A DNA stretch of 64,000 nt from a plasmid. The notes under the pieces are model-generated. The model saw only the letters and a list, made by a program, of their open reading frames with translations. It was not told where the DNA came from and searched no databases. Each line of letters begins with the position of its first letter. Position 1 is the stretch's first letter. Shown here in pieces: positions 28,461-37,538 of the stretch. The stretch lies in the sequence record NZ_CP044080.1, one strand, 5' to 3'. The position numbers and the translations under genes are program-made.

Positions 28461-29231
28461 ATGGATCGGGACATGCCGGCGGGCCGCGAACGCAAGCTGA
28501 CCCGGATCAAGCTGTCGGACCAGATCGCCGAGGACCTGCGCCGCCGCATCGCCCGCGACGGGCTGCGCCCCGGCGACCGCCTGCCGCACGAGCGCGCGCT
28601 GATCGAGCATTACGGCTGCTCCAAGGGGACCATGCGCGAGGCGCTGAAAGCGCTGGAAGTCGAGGGGCTGGTGCGGATGCTGTCAGGGCCCAACGGCGGA
28701 CCCGAGATCCAGCACGCCTCGATCGACATCGTGACCCAGCAGCTGCGACAATACCTGCATTTCCAGAAGCTGGACTTCGCCCATGTCTACGCGCTGCGCC
28801 AGTCGCTCGAGGTGGCGCTGGCGCGCAACGTAACCGGCCGGCTGAGCCCGGGCCAGATGGACCGGCTGGCGGAAAACATCCGCATCTGCGAGACGGCCAA
28901 TGCCGCCCGCGACCGCGCCGTGGTCCGCAGCGCCGAGACCGAGTTCCACGACATCCTCTGCGAGGCGTCGGACAACGTGATCCTGGTCTTCATGTGCCGT
29001 TTCCTGAACAGCATGCTGCGCGACCTGGTCAGCTATCGCAGCGACAGCATGCGCGAGCACGAGCATTTCGGCGAGGCGAATATCGAAAGCCACAAGCAAC
29101 TGCTGGCCGCCTTCTGGGCCGGCGACGCCGAGGCCGCGGGCAAGATCATGCACGACCATATGTGCTGCGCCGAAGGCTACATGCGACGGCTGGACGCCTC
29201 GTTCCGCTCAGACCTGCTGAGCCGGTTCTGA
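28461..29231 (+). CDS. GntR-family transcriptional regulator (FadR/FCD subfamily)
   Basis: HTH IAEDLRRRIARDGLRPGDRLPHERALIEHYGCSKGTMREALKALEVEGLV plus an FCD domain. Probably the regulator of the upstream transporter/hydrolase operon. Confidence 0.8.
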   Translation: MDRDMPAGRERKLTRIKLSDQIAEDLRRRIARDGLRPGDRLPHERALIEHYGCSKGTMREALKALEVEGLVRMLSGPNGGPEIQHASIDIVTQQLRQYLHFQKLDFAHVYALRQSLEVALARNVTGRLSPGQMDRLAENIRICETANAARDRAVVRSAETEFHDILCEASDNVILVFMCRFLNSMLRDLVSYRSDSMREHEHFGEANIESHKQLLAAFWAGDAEAAGKIMHDHMCCAEGYMRRLDASFRSDLLSRF

Positions 29232-29752
29232 CGGTCGCCGGGCGGTGGGGCAGCCTGGGTCATCCCCGCCACAGGTCCACCGAGGCGGGCACAGCCGCCA
29301 TGACTTCGGCCAGCACCGAGACGGCCAGCTGCCGCGGATTGCGGGTCGAACGGATCATGCCGATGGGGCCGCGCAGCCGGCTGCTCAGTCTTGTCGCCAC
29401 AGGTTCCGCTCTACGCCGTTTCGCGGTAGGGCGATCCGTCGCCCACCCTGCATCGCTTCATCGCCATCATCCGCGAAGAGGTCGGCGAGAGCGCGCCGAT
29501 GGCCCTGGCGAACTGAGGTCATGTTTTGTCCTTTGGCCGATGGCTGATTGATGTCATGCGCGTTAATGCGCAGCAGCCTAAGCTGGCCCCGCAAACCCGC
29601 CGAAATGTCGCCATCCGTGATCTTGGCACTTTCTCGGTTGCCGCGAGTTACAACCTCAGGTTCAGATCGTCAGGGTCGCGAACCATGTGAGATGAACGAT
29701 TGCACGACAGGTTGCTTGCGACTTTCATGAGCTTCCGCGGGAGGCGGATCCA

Positions 29753-30964
29753 ATGTCCTTTGCATCTGCATATGAACGCTATTTCGTCGGTCTGGTGAAC
29801 CAGGCCCGTCAGGCCGAGGGGCACTCGGCTTTGCGCATCGACAAAAGGCTGAACGACTCGTCCGAGGGCCACAGCCGCTGGATGCTGCAGGCCGACGTCT
29901 TCTCGCATACCGGCCAGGGTGGCTCATCCTCGCGCGAGCGGATCGAGGCGGCGGGCTTTCCGCTGGTCGGCGACTGGCACACCGCCGAAAACATCGCCTA
30001 TGTCGGCATCTCGGGCGAGGGTGACCTGAAGGACGAGATCCGGGCCCTGCACCGGATGCTGCTGGAAAGCCCCGGCCACTATGCCAATATCATGGGCGAC
30101 AGCGCCTATATCGGCATCGGTCTTGAAGTTGGCTATCTTCGTGTCAACGGCCAGAACCATCGGGTCCTGATGGCGACGCAGAACTTCGGCGACACCGATG
30201 GCCAGTTGCGCATCGATACCGGGACCTTCACCAAGGTCCCGGACCCCGGTTCCAGCCTGACTATGTCCACCCGGGCCCAATGGCTGCAGGACTTTGACGG
30301 CAATGTCTTTGTAACCCCTGGCCCATCGCAGGCGACGGTCCGGAACGACGACTATCGCCTGACGGCACGCAATGACGTGGCCTGGGCGGCCGCGGGCAAT
30401 GACTGGATGGATGGAGGGGCGGGAAATGATCGCCTGGCAGGCGGGGCGGGAAATGACCGCCTGATCGGCGGGCTGGGCTTTGACACCCTTCAGGGCGGCG
30501 CCGGGAAAGACACGCTGCAGGGCGATTATGGCAATGACAACCTGGGCGGAAACGAAGGGAACGACCAGCTGCGGGGCGGTGCGGGCGAGGACCTTCTGGC
30601 GGGCCATGCCGGAAACGACTGGCTGATCGGCAATGAAGGGCGCGACACGCTTTATGGCGGTGACGGCAATGACACCCTGCAGGGCGGGCCGGGTAACGAC
30701 ATGCTGATCGGAGGACCGGGCGCGGACGTGTTCATCTTTCGCGCGGGCCAAGGCGCCGACACGATCAGCGGCTATCAGCGCGGTGTCGACCGCCTGCTGA
30801 TCGGCGATGCGCTGCTGGATGACAACCCTGCTGCATTCATCCGGGACCACATGTCAAAAACCGCCACAGGGGTGGTCCTTGACTTTGGCAACGCCGGGCG
30901 CATCGTCGTCAACGGGCCGAACCTGACAGTGGCGGGCGTGGCGGACGACATCTTCTCGATCTGA
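29753..30964 (+). CDS. Secreted protein with an N-terminal CAP/SCP/PR-1-like domain and C-terminal RTX (hemolysin-type) calcium-binding repeats; probable type I secretion substrate
   Basis: 403 aa. The CAP-like region is VGLVNQARQAEGHSALRIDKRLNDSSEGHSRWM…HTGQGGSSSRERIEAAGF…AENIAY…GHYANIMGDSAYIGIGL. It is followed by at least 10 GGxGxDxL nonapeptide repeats (GGAGNDRLAGGAGNDRLIGGLGFDTLQGGAGKDTLQGDYGNDNLGGNEGNDQL…). The region has lower GC. Confidence 0.8.
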   Translation: MSFASAYERYFVGLVNQARQAEGHSALRIDKRLNDSSEGHSRWMLQADVFSHTGQGGSSSRERIEAAGFPLVGDWHTAENIAYVGISGEGDLKDEIRALHRMLLESPGHYANIMGDSAYIGIGLEVGYLRVNGQNHRVLMATQNFGDTDGQLRIDTGTFTKVPDPGSSLTMSTRAQWLQDFDGNVFVTPGPSQATVRNDDYRLTARNDVAWAAAGNDWMDGGAGNDRLAGGAGNDRLIGGLGFDTLQGGAGKDTLQGDYGNDNLGGNEGNDQLRGGAGEDLLAGHAGNDWLIGNEGRDTLYGGDGNDTLQGGPGNDMLIGGPGADVFIFRAGQGADTISGYQRGVDRLLIGDALLDDNPAAFIRDHMSKTATGVVLDFGNAGRIVVNGPNLTVAGVADDIFSI

Positions 30965-31204
30965 GGCGCGACCGCCAGAGCCTGGCCGGGAGCTGGAGGA
31001 CCGAACCTGGATGTTTCGACTGCCCTCGGCCGCACCAGACCAAGGCGCGCGCGGTGTGTTTCTGACCGACCCCCGGCACGAGCCGTTGCGCTGTTGATTT
31101 CCACCGAGACGTGATCCGGTTCGGGCGATAATTTCCATTGAGAGTTGACCCATGTGACCCTTCCCCCAACGCGGCGAGCGACGGGGGGCCAAGGAGTGAT
31201 CCAC

Positions 31205-31319
31205 ATGGGACTTTTGAATGTCATCCGCCGAATGGCGCTGCGAGAGAAGCTTCCGATCCGCGAGATTGCTCGCCGGACTGGTCTGTCGCGCAACACCATC
31301 AAGAAGTATCTTAACGCTG
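31205..31319 (+). pseudogene. IS21-family istA transposase N-terminal HTH fragment, cut at the left end of the IS3 element
   Basis: MGLLNVIRRMALREKLPIREIARRTGLSRNTIKKYLNA matches IS21 IstA N-termini. The frame runs directly into the IS3 inverted repeat. Confidence 0.55.
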
Positions 31320-31360
31320 TGAACTGCCCCGGGTTTACCGGAGAGTAGAGCACTCAAAGG

Positions 31361-31702
31361 ATGAGCCCTATGACGAAGCAAAGATTCACCCCCGCCTATC
31401 CGGCCGAACTGCGCGAACGCGGTGTTCGGCTTTTCCGCGAGAACCGCGGCGACTACGCCAGCGACAGTGCGGCCTACAAGGCGATCGCGCCGAAGCTTGG
31501 CTGCTCTCCCGACAGTCTGCGCGTCTGGTGCCAGCAGGCGGAGCGTGACCGCGGAGAGCGCGGCGGGCTGACGAGCGCGGAGAAGGACCGGATCAAGGAA
31601 CTGGAACGCGAGGTGCGGGAGCTTCGCACCGCCAATGAGATCCTGAAGAAGGCCAGCGCATATTTCGCTGCGGCGGAGCTCGACCGCCCGTTCCGCAAAT
31701 GA
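31361..31702 (+). CDS. IS3-family transposase OrfA (HTH/leucine-zipper)
   Basis: 113 aa. MTKQRFTPAYPAELRERGVRLF…KELEREVRELRTANEILKKASAYFAAAELDR is typical of IS3 OrfA. Confidence 0.88.
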   Translation: MSPMTKQRFTPAYPAELRERGVRLFRENRGDYASDSAAYKAIAPKLGCSPDSLRVWCQQAERDRGERGGLTSAEKDRIKELEREVRELRTANEILKKASAYFAAAELDRPFRK

Positions 31703-32604
31703 TCGCGTTTCTCGACGATCACCGTGGCGTCTTTGGTGTCGGGCCGATCTGCCGGGTTCTGGGGATCGCACCATCGACGTTCTACAGTTTCAAGGCTGTG
31801 GAGCGTGATCCCACCCTGGCATCGGATCGGGCCAGGCAGGACCAGAAGGACATGACTGCCATCAAGCAGATATTCGACGGCAGCAGAGGCCGATATGGCG
31901 CGCGTAAGGTTTGGCACCAGTTGCGCCGCGAAGGGTGCGACATCGCCCGTTGCACAGTGGAGCGGCTGATGAAGGTCATGGGGTTGCAAGGCGTTGTGCG
32001 CGGCAAGAAGGTCGTCACGACCAACCCCGATGCGGCCCAACCCTGTCCGGACGACAAGGTGAACCGGGTCTTCGTGGCAGACATGCCGAACCAGCTGTGG
32101 GTCAGCGATTTCACCTACGTCTCAAGTTGGCAGGGCATGGTTTATGTGGCCTTCGTGATCGACGTCTTCGCCCGCAAGATCGTCGGCTGGCGCGTCTCGA
32201 CTTCGATGACCACCGGTTTCGTCCTCGACGCTCTGAATCAGGCCATCTGCCAGCGCGCGCCGTCCGAGGCTGACAAGCTGATCCATCACAGCGACCGGGG
32301 CAGCCAATATCTCTCGATCCGATATACCGAGCGGCTGGCCGAGGCGGGCATCGACACCTCGGTCGGCAGCGTCGGTGATTCCTATGACAACGCTCTGGCT
32401 GAAAGCATCATCGGCCTGTTCAAGACCGAGGTCATCAAGTTCCTCGGCCCTTGGAAATCCGTGGGTCAAGTCGAGTGGGAAACCCTGAAGTGGGTCGACT
32501 GGTATAACAAGACGCGCCTGCACAGCGCCATCGGTTACGTCACACCGAACGAAGCAGAGGAGGAATTCTACACAAGCTTGAACGCCGCCGCAAAAGCAGC
32601 CTAA
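31699..32604 (+). CDS. IS3-family transposase OrfB (DDE integrase core, rve)
   Basis: 301 aa. Contains …LWVSDFTYVSSWQGMVYVAFVIDVFARKIVGWRV…HHSDRGSQYLS…DNALAESIIGLFKTE…. It is expressed by a -1 frameshift from orfA. Confidence 0.88.
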   Translation: MIAFLDDHRGVFGVGPICRVLGIAPSTFYSFKAVERDPTLASDRARQDQKDMTAIKQIFDGSRGRYGARKVWHQLRREGCDIARCTVERLMKVMGLQGVVRGKKVVTTNPDAAQPCPDDKVNRVFVADMPNQLWVSDFTYVSSWQGMVYVAFVIDVFARKIVGWRVSTSMTTGFVLDALNQAICQRAPSEADKLIHHSDRGSQYLSIRYTERLAEAGIDTSVGSVGDSYDNALAESIIGLFKTEVIKFLGPWKSVGQVEWETLKWVDWYNKTRLHSAIGYVTPNEAEEEFYTSLNAAAKAA

Positions 32605-32645
32605 TCATTGAACCAGAAACTCTCCGGTAAACCCGGGGCGGTTCA

Positions 32646-33508
32646 TGACCTCCGGGGCAATCAGCCGCCAGATCAAGGCCCTGGAAGCCGAGCTTGGCGT
32701 ACCGCTGTTCATCAGGACGGGGCGTGGCGTGCGCCCGACGCAGGCAGGAACCGAACTGTATGCGAGTGTAGCCGCCGGATTTTCCCGCATTGCGGATGTC
32801 GCGCGTGACATCAAGCGCGGGGATCGGTCCCGCAATGTCACGATCGCAACGACCGACACCACGGCCACCATGTGGCTGGTTCCGCGCATGCCCGAGTTCT
32901 GGCATCGTCACCCTGAAATCGTCATCAACCATCAGCTCGCCGAGAACAGCCGGTACTTTCGGCCCGAAGAGGTGGAGCTTCGCATTCGTCACGGCATGGG
33001 CGGCTGGATCAACGACGTCATGGAGCCGCTGTTCGACGATTGGCTCTATCCCGTCTGCAGTCCGGCACTCGCCAAGCGCCACGCCGGTGCGACGGTGGCC
33101 GATCTTCCCGACATGCCGCTTCTGGACATCGACTGGGTCGCGCCCGACTGGGTGACATGGGAGCAGGCGCTGCTGCAGGGCGGTGTGTCGTCCCGGTCGT
33201 TCGCCGCCCGCCGCCTGGGAAAATTCAGCCTTGCCATGCAGGCCGCCGCGGCGGACCAAGGTGTGGCGATCGGCTGGCACCGCATGATCACGCCCATGCT
33301 GGAACGGGGCGAGCTGGTCCGTCTGACCGAACTGGTCTTTCGCGCACCCGGAACCTATTATCTGACCTGGCATCGCGGGCGCGCGCTGTCCCCCGCCGCC
33401 GAATTGCTCCGGGAGTGGGTCCATGAGCAGGCGGAAGCGGAACGGGCGCGGCCTCTCCCTTGGCAATCCGTCGAAGGCGGTGATTTGCTTCCGACGGAGG
33501 GGGCGTGA
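32646..33508 (+). pseudogene. LysR-family transcriptional regulator lacking the first ~20-25 codons, truncated at the right end of the IS3 element
   Basis: The frame opens immediately after the IS3 right IR with …SGAISRQIKALEAELGVPLFIRTGRGVRPTQAG, the second half of a LysR HTH. A full LysR substrate-binding domain follows. Confidence 0.7.
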
Positions 33509-33719
33509 GCATGCGGACATTTGGCAAGCCTTGCAGTTTGTTCGGTCTGGATAGTGGACGCTGACCCTGCAACCCGCATTCCGCCCGGGCCTCCGCAACG
33601 CGCGTTGAACGACTGACTTTTCGGCTCAATGACCTGTTTGGGGCAGCCTTCGCCAGGGACGCCTGACAGGCCGCTGAAGAAGTCAGCTCTCGACCTGTTA
33701 ATGTGGAACATGCTTCTCC

Positions 33720-34068
33720 CATCTTTGGACAGGTTTCTGGGTGATTTAAGCTACTGCCTGCGCCTACTGATCGGTTTCGATGCTATTGAAGTAGACCATG
33801 GCGGGCGGCTGCCCGCCATGGGCGGTATGAGGCCGCCGGTGGTTGTAGAATGTGATCCAGTGGCCGATGGCTGCCTTGCCTGTAACCCTGTTTCCCATGC
33901 GTGAAGGTAAACGCATTCATACTTCAGGGACCGCCAGAGGCGCTCGATGAAGACGTTGTCGATGCAGCGCCCTTTTCCGTCCATCGAGATCCGGGTGCCG
34001 ACGCGCTTCAGCCTGTCCGTCCATGCAAGGGACGTGAACTGGGCGGATTCAACCGGTCGTCGCAACAC
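33720..34068 (-). pseudogene. IS3-family transposase OrfB C-terminal fragment (frameshifted), the distal part of an element split by the IS30 insertion
   Basis: FTSLAWTDRLKRVGTRISMDGKGRCIDNVFIERLWRSLKYECVYLHAWETGLQAR is the rve-domain end. The terminal …RPHTAHGGQPPAMVYFNSIETDQ* lies in a different frame. Confidence 0.65.
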
Positions 34069-35407
34069 CTTTCATATCCTGTTTGAGCAGCCGGTCGAGA
34101 GCCTCTGCCGGTGTTTGCCACGCCAGCGTTTTCCGGGGGCGCGTATTCAGCGCATGGGCTACGGCGCTCAGCTCTTCGGCACCATGTTGGCTGAGATCCG
34201 TGCCCTTTGGGGAGTATTGGCGGAGCAGGGCATTGGTGTTCTCGTTGCTGCCGCGTTGCCAGGGGCTCTGAGGGTCACAGAAATAGATCTCGAGACCAGT
34301 ATCCATCCGAAGCTGCACATGTTGGGCCATCTCGGCGCCTTGGTCCCAAGTCAACGAGCGACGTAGCTGGGCAGGCAGGCCGCTGATCGTCCCTGCGATG
34401 GCATCCCGAACGGCCTCAGCGCCGTGACCGGCAAGGGCTGGCCCGTTCTTGACGGACTTGCCTGTCCCGTGCCCTTCCATGCGCGGCAAGTGCAGGAGCA
34501 TGGTGAAGCGGGTCGTGCGTTCGACCAGCGTGCCGATCGCCGAACTGCCAAGGCCGGGAATGAGGTCACCTTCCCAATGACCAGGAATAGCCCTGTCACC
34601 GATTTCAGCTGGGCGGTCGCTGATCATCAACGCGTCGGCAATGAAGGCCTTGCCGCGGTTCCGGGCACGTTCTCGTGGGAACCTGAGGGCACGGCCGGAC
34701 CTCAGGCAGGCTGAGAGCTCTCGCCTCAGTCCGCCGCGCCCCTGAATGTATAGCGCCTGATAAATGGCTTCGTGGCTGATGCGCATGGTCAGATCCTCGG
34801 GGAAGTCCAGCTTCAAGCGCTGTGAGATCTGCTCCGGGCTCCAGGCCGATGACCAGCGTCGGCTTTGCCGGTGAACGGCTCGCCGTCCTTTCCATACCAC
34901 GACAGGCCCATCGAAGGCGATGCCGTCCGGCGTGGTAATGAGGCCGGACAGCCGATCCTGCACGTCGTCGCGCAGGGCGGGGTTGAGCGCGAGCTTGCTG
35001 ATTTTTGGACGTCTGGCCGCACGATCCGCATGCCACTGTGCGGCAATGGCCCGATAGTCGAACTCTCCGCCGCGCGTTGCCGAGTTGCGGCTGATCTCAC
35101 GCGGGATCGTGCTGGCGGATCGGCTAAGCTTGCGCGCGATTGCCCACACGCCGGTGCCCCGAGCGCATTCGAGGGCTATCTCCTCGCGTTCGGAGAACGA
35201 AAGGCTACGGCGCTTCGGCACAGGAGCCCATGGTGCAAGATGAGTGGGAGGCATTCCGCCAGAACTCCGAATCCATCGGGTTCCGACCGGAGCTGAAACA
35301 CCTGCTGCAACAGCGGCTTCTTCGCTGGACAAGCCTGCCGCTATTTCTCGCCAGAACCGGCACAGATGTTCACGCTGCCAGACTGGCGGCCGACCTGGCG
35401 AGGACAA
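34049..35407 (-). CDS. IS30-family transposase; its insertion splits an IS3-family orfB
   Basis: 452-aa ORF; the true start may be internal. Contains an N-terminal HTH (…LSSEEAAVAAGVSAPVGTRWI…), a second HTH (…VWAIARKLSRSASTIPREISRN…) and a DDE core (…IPGHWEGDLIPG…RTTRFTMLLHLP…LTWDQGAEMAQH…). The IS ends were not delimited. Confidence 0.8.
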   Translation of the reverse strand: MSSPGRPPVWQREHLCRFWREIAAGLSSEEAAVAAGVSAPVGTRWIRSSGGMPPTHLAPWAPVPKRRSLSFSEREEIALECARGTGVWAIARKLSRSASTIPREISRNSATRGGEFDYRAIAAQWHADRAARRPKISKLALNPALRDDVQDRLSGLITTPDGIAFDGPVVVWKGRRAVHRQSRRWSSAWSPEQISQRLKLDFPEDLTMRISHEAIYQALYIQGRGGLRRELSACLRSGRALRFPRERARNRGKAFIADALMISDRPAEIGDRAIPGHWEGDLIPGLGSSAIGTLVERTTRFTMLLHLPRMEGHGTGKSVKNGPALAGHGAEAVRDAIAGTISGLPAQLRRSLTWDQGAEMAQHVQLRMDTGLEIYFCDPQSPWQRGSNENTNALLRQYSPKGTDLSQHGAEELSAVAHALNTRPRKTLAWQTPAEALDRLLKQDMKGVATTG

Positions 35408-35422
35408 TTTGCGCCGCGTCGA

Positions 35423-36090
35423 TCACTCCGACTTCCGTTTGCCTGTCGTCATCAGCACCTCCAAAATCGGGTGTTGCGACGACCGGTTGAATCCGCCTTG
35501 CGCGCCGCGATCCGTGTGGTGAATACAGCCTGGTGGCGGGCGGCGCAGGGCAACAGCCATATTCAGCGCCCTGATCGCCAGATCCTGTTTCATCCGGTTG
35601 CTGATAGCCCAGCCAATCACGCGCCTTGAGAACAGGTCGATGATGACGGCCAGATAAACCCAGCCTTCACGCGTCCAGATGTAGGTGATGTCGGCGCACC
35701 AGACCTGACCGGGGCGGTCCACGCGCAGCCCGCCCGAGCCAGATAGGGATAAGTCTTGTGCCCCTTTCTCGGCTTGCTGGTGTTGGGCTTTTGATAGATC
35801 GGCATCAAACGCATGAGCCGCATCAGACGCCGTATGCGCTTCTGGTTCACGCCATGCCCTTCGTTCTGCAAGTGCCAGGTCATCTGCCGGACGCCGTAGA
35901 AGGGCGTGTCCAGGAACTGCTGGTCAATCACTCTCATTAGCCCAAGGTTCACCTCGGTCTCCCGTGCGGCTCGTGATAGAAGGACAAGCGAGATCGACAG
36001 CAGACGGCACTGCGCGCCGATCGACAATGCCGGATGGCCCTGCTCGATCATCCCGCGCCTCACTTGCCGGTCCACGGCTTGAGCTTTCAT
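35423..36090 (-). pseudogene. IS3-family transposase OrfB N-terminal portion (HTH_21 plus start of rve core), interrupted by the IS30 insertion
   Basis: Contains …LGLMRVIDQQFLDTPFYGVRQMTWHLQNEGHGVNQKRIRRLMRLMRLM… and …VWCADITYIWTREGWVYLAVIIDLFSRRVIGWAISN…. An RLM tripeptide is repeated three times. Confidence 0.7.
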
Positions 36091-36413
36091 GACAAAAAAT
36101 CGTTGGCTACGGCCAGCTCCCCGATTTTGGCGTGCAGCGACCGGACTGTCTCCTCATCCACCTCCGCAACGGGCTTTCTGCCACCGCAACCGAAGATATC
36201 CGCAGCCCCGTCGAGCAGCGTCTTCTTCCATTGTTGGATCATCGTCGAATGCACGCCGGATTCAGCCGCCAGTTCCGAGACCGTGCGCTCGCCTTTCACT
36301 GCTTCCAGCGCCACGCGCGCCTTGAAGCCAGCGTCATGGTTGCCTCGCGTTTCCGCATTCCTGATCTCCTCGCCATTGGAGACCAGCCGGAGGGGGTCTG
36401 CGACGGTTCCCAT
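36087..36413 (-). CDS. IS3-family transposase OrfA of the IS30-disrupted element
   Basis: MGTVADPLRLVSNGEEIRNAETRGNHDAGFKARVALEAVKGERTVSELAAESGVHSTMIQQWKKTLLDGAADIF…HAKIGELAVANDFLS is OrfA-like. It overlaps the orfB frame by 4 nt. Confidence 0.7.
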   Translation of the reverse strand: MGTVADPLRLVSNGEEIRNAETRGNHDAGFKARVALEAVKGERTVSELAAESGVHSTMIQQWKKTLLDGAADIFGCGGRKPVAEVDEETVRSLHAKIGELAVANDFLS

Positions 36414-36896
36414 TGATGCGAAGGAGGTAACCCTGGAAAAGCTGCTCGACCAAACCGCTACTAGGACGATCCGGTCTGTCCAAGACTTCGGCAATGACCG
36501 GGACCACAGTGTCCGGATCTGGGGCCTGCCCGAGGACGTCGGCGACGCCGGGGGCGACGAGGAGTTCCTGAAGCGCTTGCCGATCTCGATCATGAGCAAC
36601 ACGAGAACATAGTCCACTGGTCGGGTGGGGACCTCGACATCGAAGATGCCGGAACCGACAGCTTCATCGAGCGCTTTGATCGGCTTGCCAACATGTCTGA
36701 GCAAAGGGCGGGACCATCCGCAAAGGGCCGAGGAAGCCGCTCAGATCTCCTTTGAGGCCCGAAATGGCCGTGGTTATCGCCACACCTGATAACCCTTGGC
36801 ACCTGCGTTGCCGTGCCAGCCCTTTCTCAGCCTTCCAGCCTTGCCCTGCCTTGACCCCAAACCCGCCGCGTGCAGCGCCGGAGGCCCACGGCCCTT

Positions 36897-37538
36897 CTAC
36901 CGCGATACACCGCCGAAACGTCGTTCCAGCACTGCCACCTGGTCGGGCGAGAGCAGGCGGACGGGCAGTCCGCGCAGCAGGATCGCCAGGCGCGCCGTTT
37001 CCTCGAGTTCCTCGGCGGCGTGGACGGCCGAGGCCAGGTCGCAGCCCGCCACCACCGGGCCGTGGTTGGCCAGCAGGACGGCGGCATTCCGCCCCCCACG
37101 CGCCCGGATCAGGTCCCCCATCGCCGGGTCGCCCGGCGGCACGTAGTCCAGCAGCGGCACCCGGCCCACGCGCATGACCACATAGGGGGTCAGGGGCGGA
37201 ACGCAGTCCTCGGGGTCCTGGGCGACAAGGCAGGACAGCGCCGTCGCATGGGTCGAATGCAGGTGCACCACTGCCCCGGTGCCGGGCCGCGTCTCGTAAA
37301 AGGCGCGGTGCAGGAACACCTCTTTCGAGGGCCTGTCGCCGCCGACATGGGACCAGTCGCGGTCCAGCTTCGAAATGCGCCCGGCGTCCAGGTGGCCCAG
37401 GCTGGAGTTCGTCGGCGTCATCAGCCAGCCGTCCGTCAGCGCCACGCTGATGTTGCCGGCCGTGCCGACCGAAAAGCCGCGCTGGAACAGCGAGGCCGCC
37501 AGCCGCACCAGTTCGGCGCGCAGATCGTCCTCGGTCAT
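36897..37538 (-). CDS. otnC: Class II aldolase/adducin-family protein, 3-oxo-tetronate 4-phosphate decarboxylase (OtnC)-like
   Basis: 213 aa. MTEDDLRAELVRLAASLFQRGFSVGTAGNISVAL…VHLHSTHATAL matches the class II aldolase fold. Its start overlaps the upstream kinase gene stop (ATGA). Confidence 0.7.
   Translation of the reverse strand: MTEDDLRAELVRLAASLFQRGFSVGTAGNISVALTDGWLMTPTNSSLGHLDAGRISKLDRDWSHVGGDRPSKEVFLHRAFYETRPGTGAVVHLHSTHATALSCLVAQDPEDCVPPLTPYVVMRVGRVPLLDYVPPGDPAMGDLIRARGGRNAAVLLANHGPVVAGCDLASAVHAAEELEETARLAILLRGLPVRLLSPDQVAVLERRFGGVSR

Larger units (their letters stand above)
31320..32645 (+). mobile_element. Intact IS3-family insertion sequence (~1.33 kb) with a 27-bp terminal inverted repeat of about 26/27 matching bases
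   Basis: Left IR TGAACTGCCCCGGGTTTACCGGAGAGT. The reverse complement of the right end is TGAACCGCCCCGGGTTTACCGGAGAGT. The element contains orfA and orfB in -1 frame overlap. Confidence 0.85.

Noticed and set aside
35805-35835. RLMRLMRLM triple repeat in the IS3 orfB remnant as a possible nucleotide microsatellite
   Set aside because: At the DNA level the three units differ (cat caa acg / cat gag ccg / cat cag acg). This is an amino-acid-level coincidence in the frame, not a true tandem DNA repeat.
36414-36896. Plus-strand ORF 36034-36612 (…TLEKLLDQTATRTIRSVQDFGNDRDHSV…) and other small ORFs between the IS3 orfA and otnC
   Set aside because: No family was recognised and they overlap IS coding sequence. 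The region is most likely the degraded left end of the IS3-family element.
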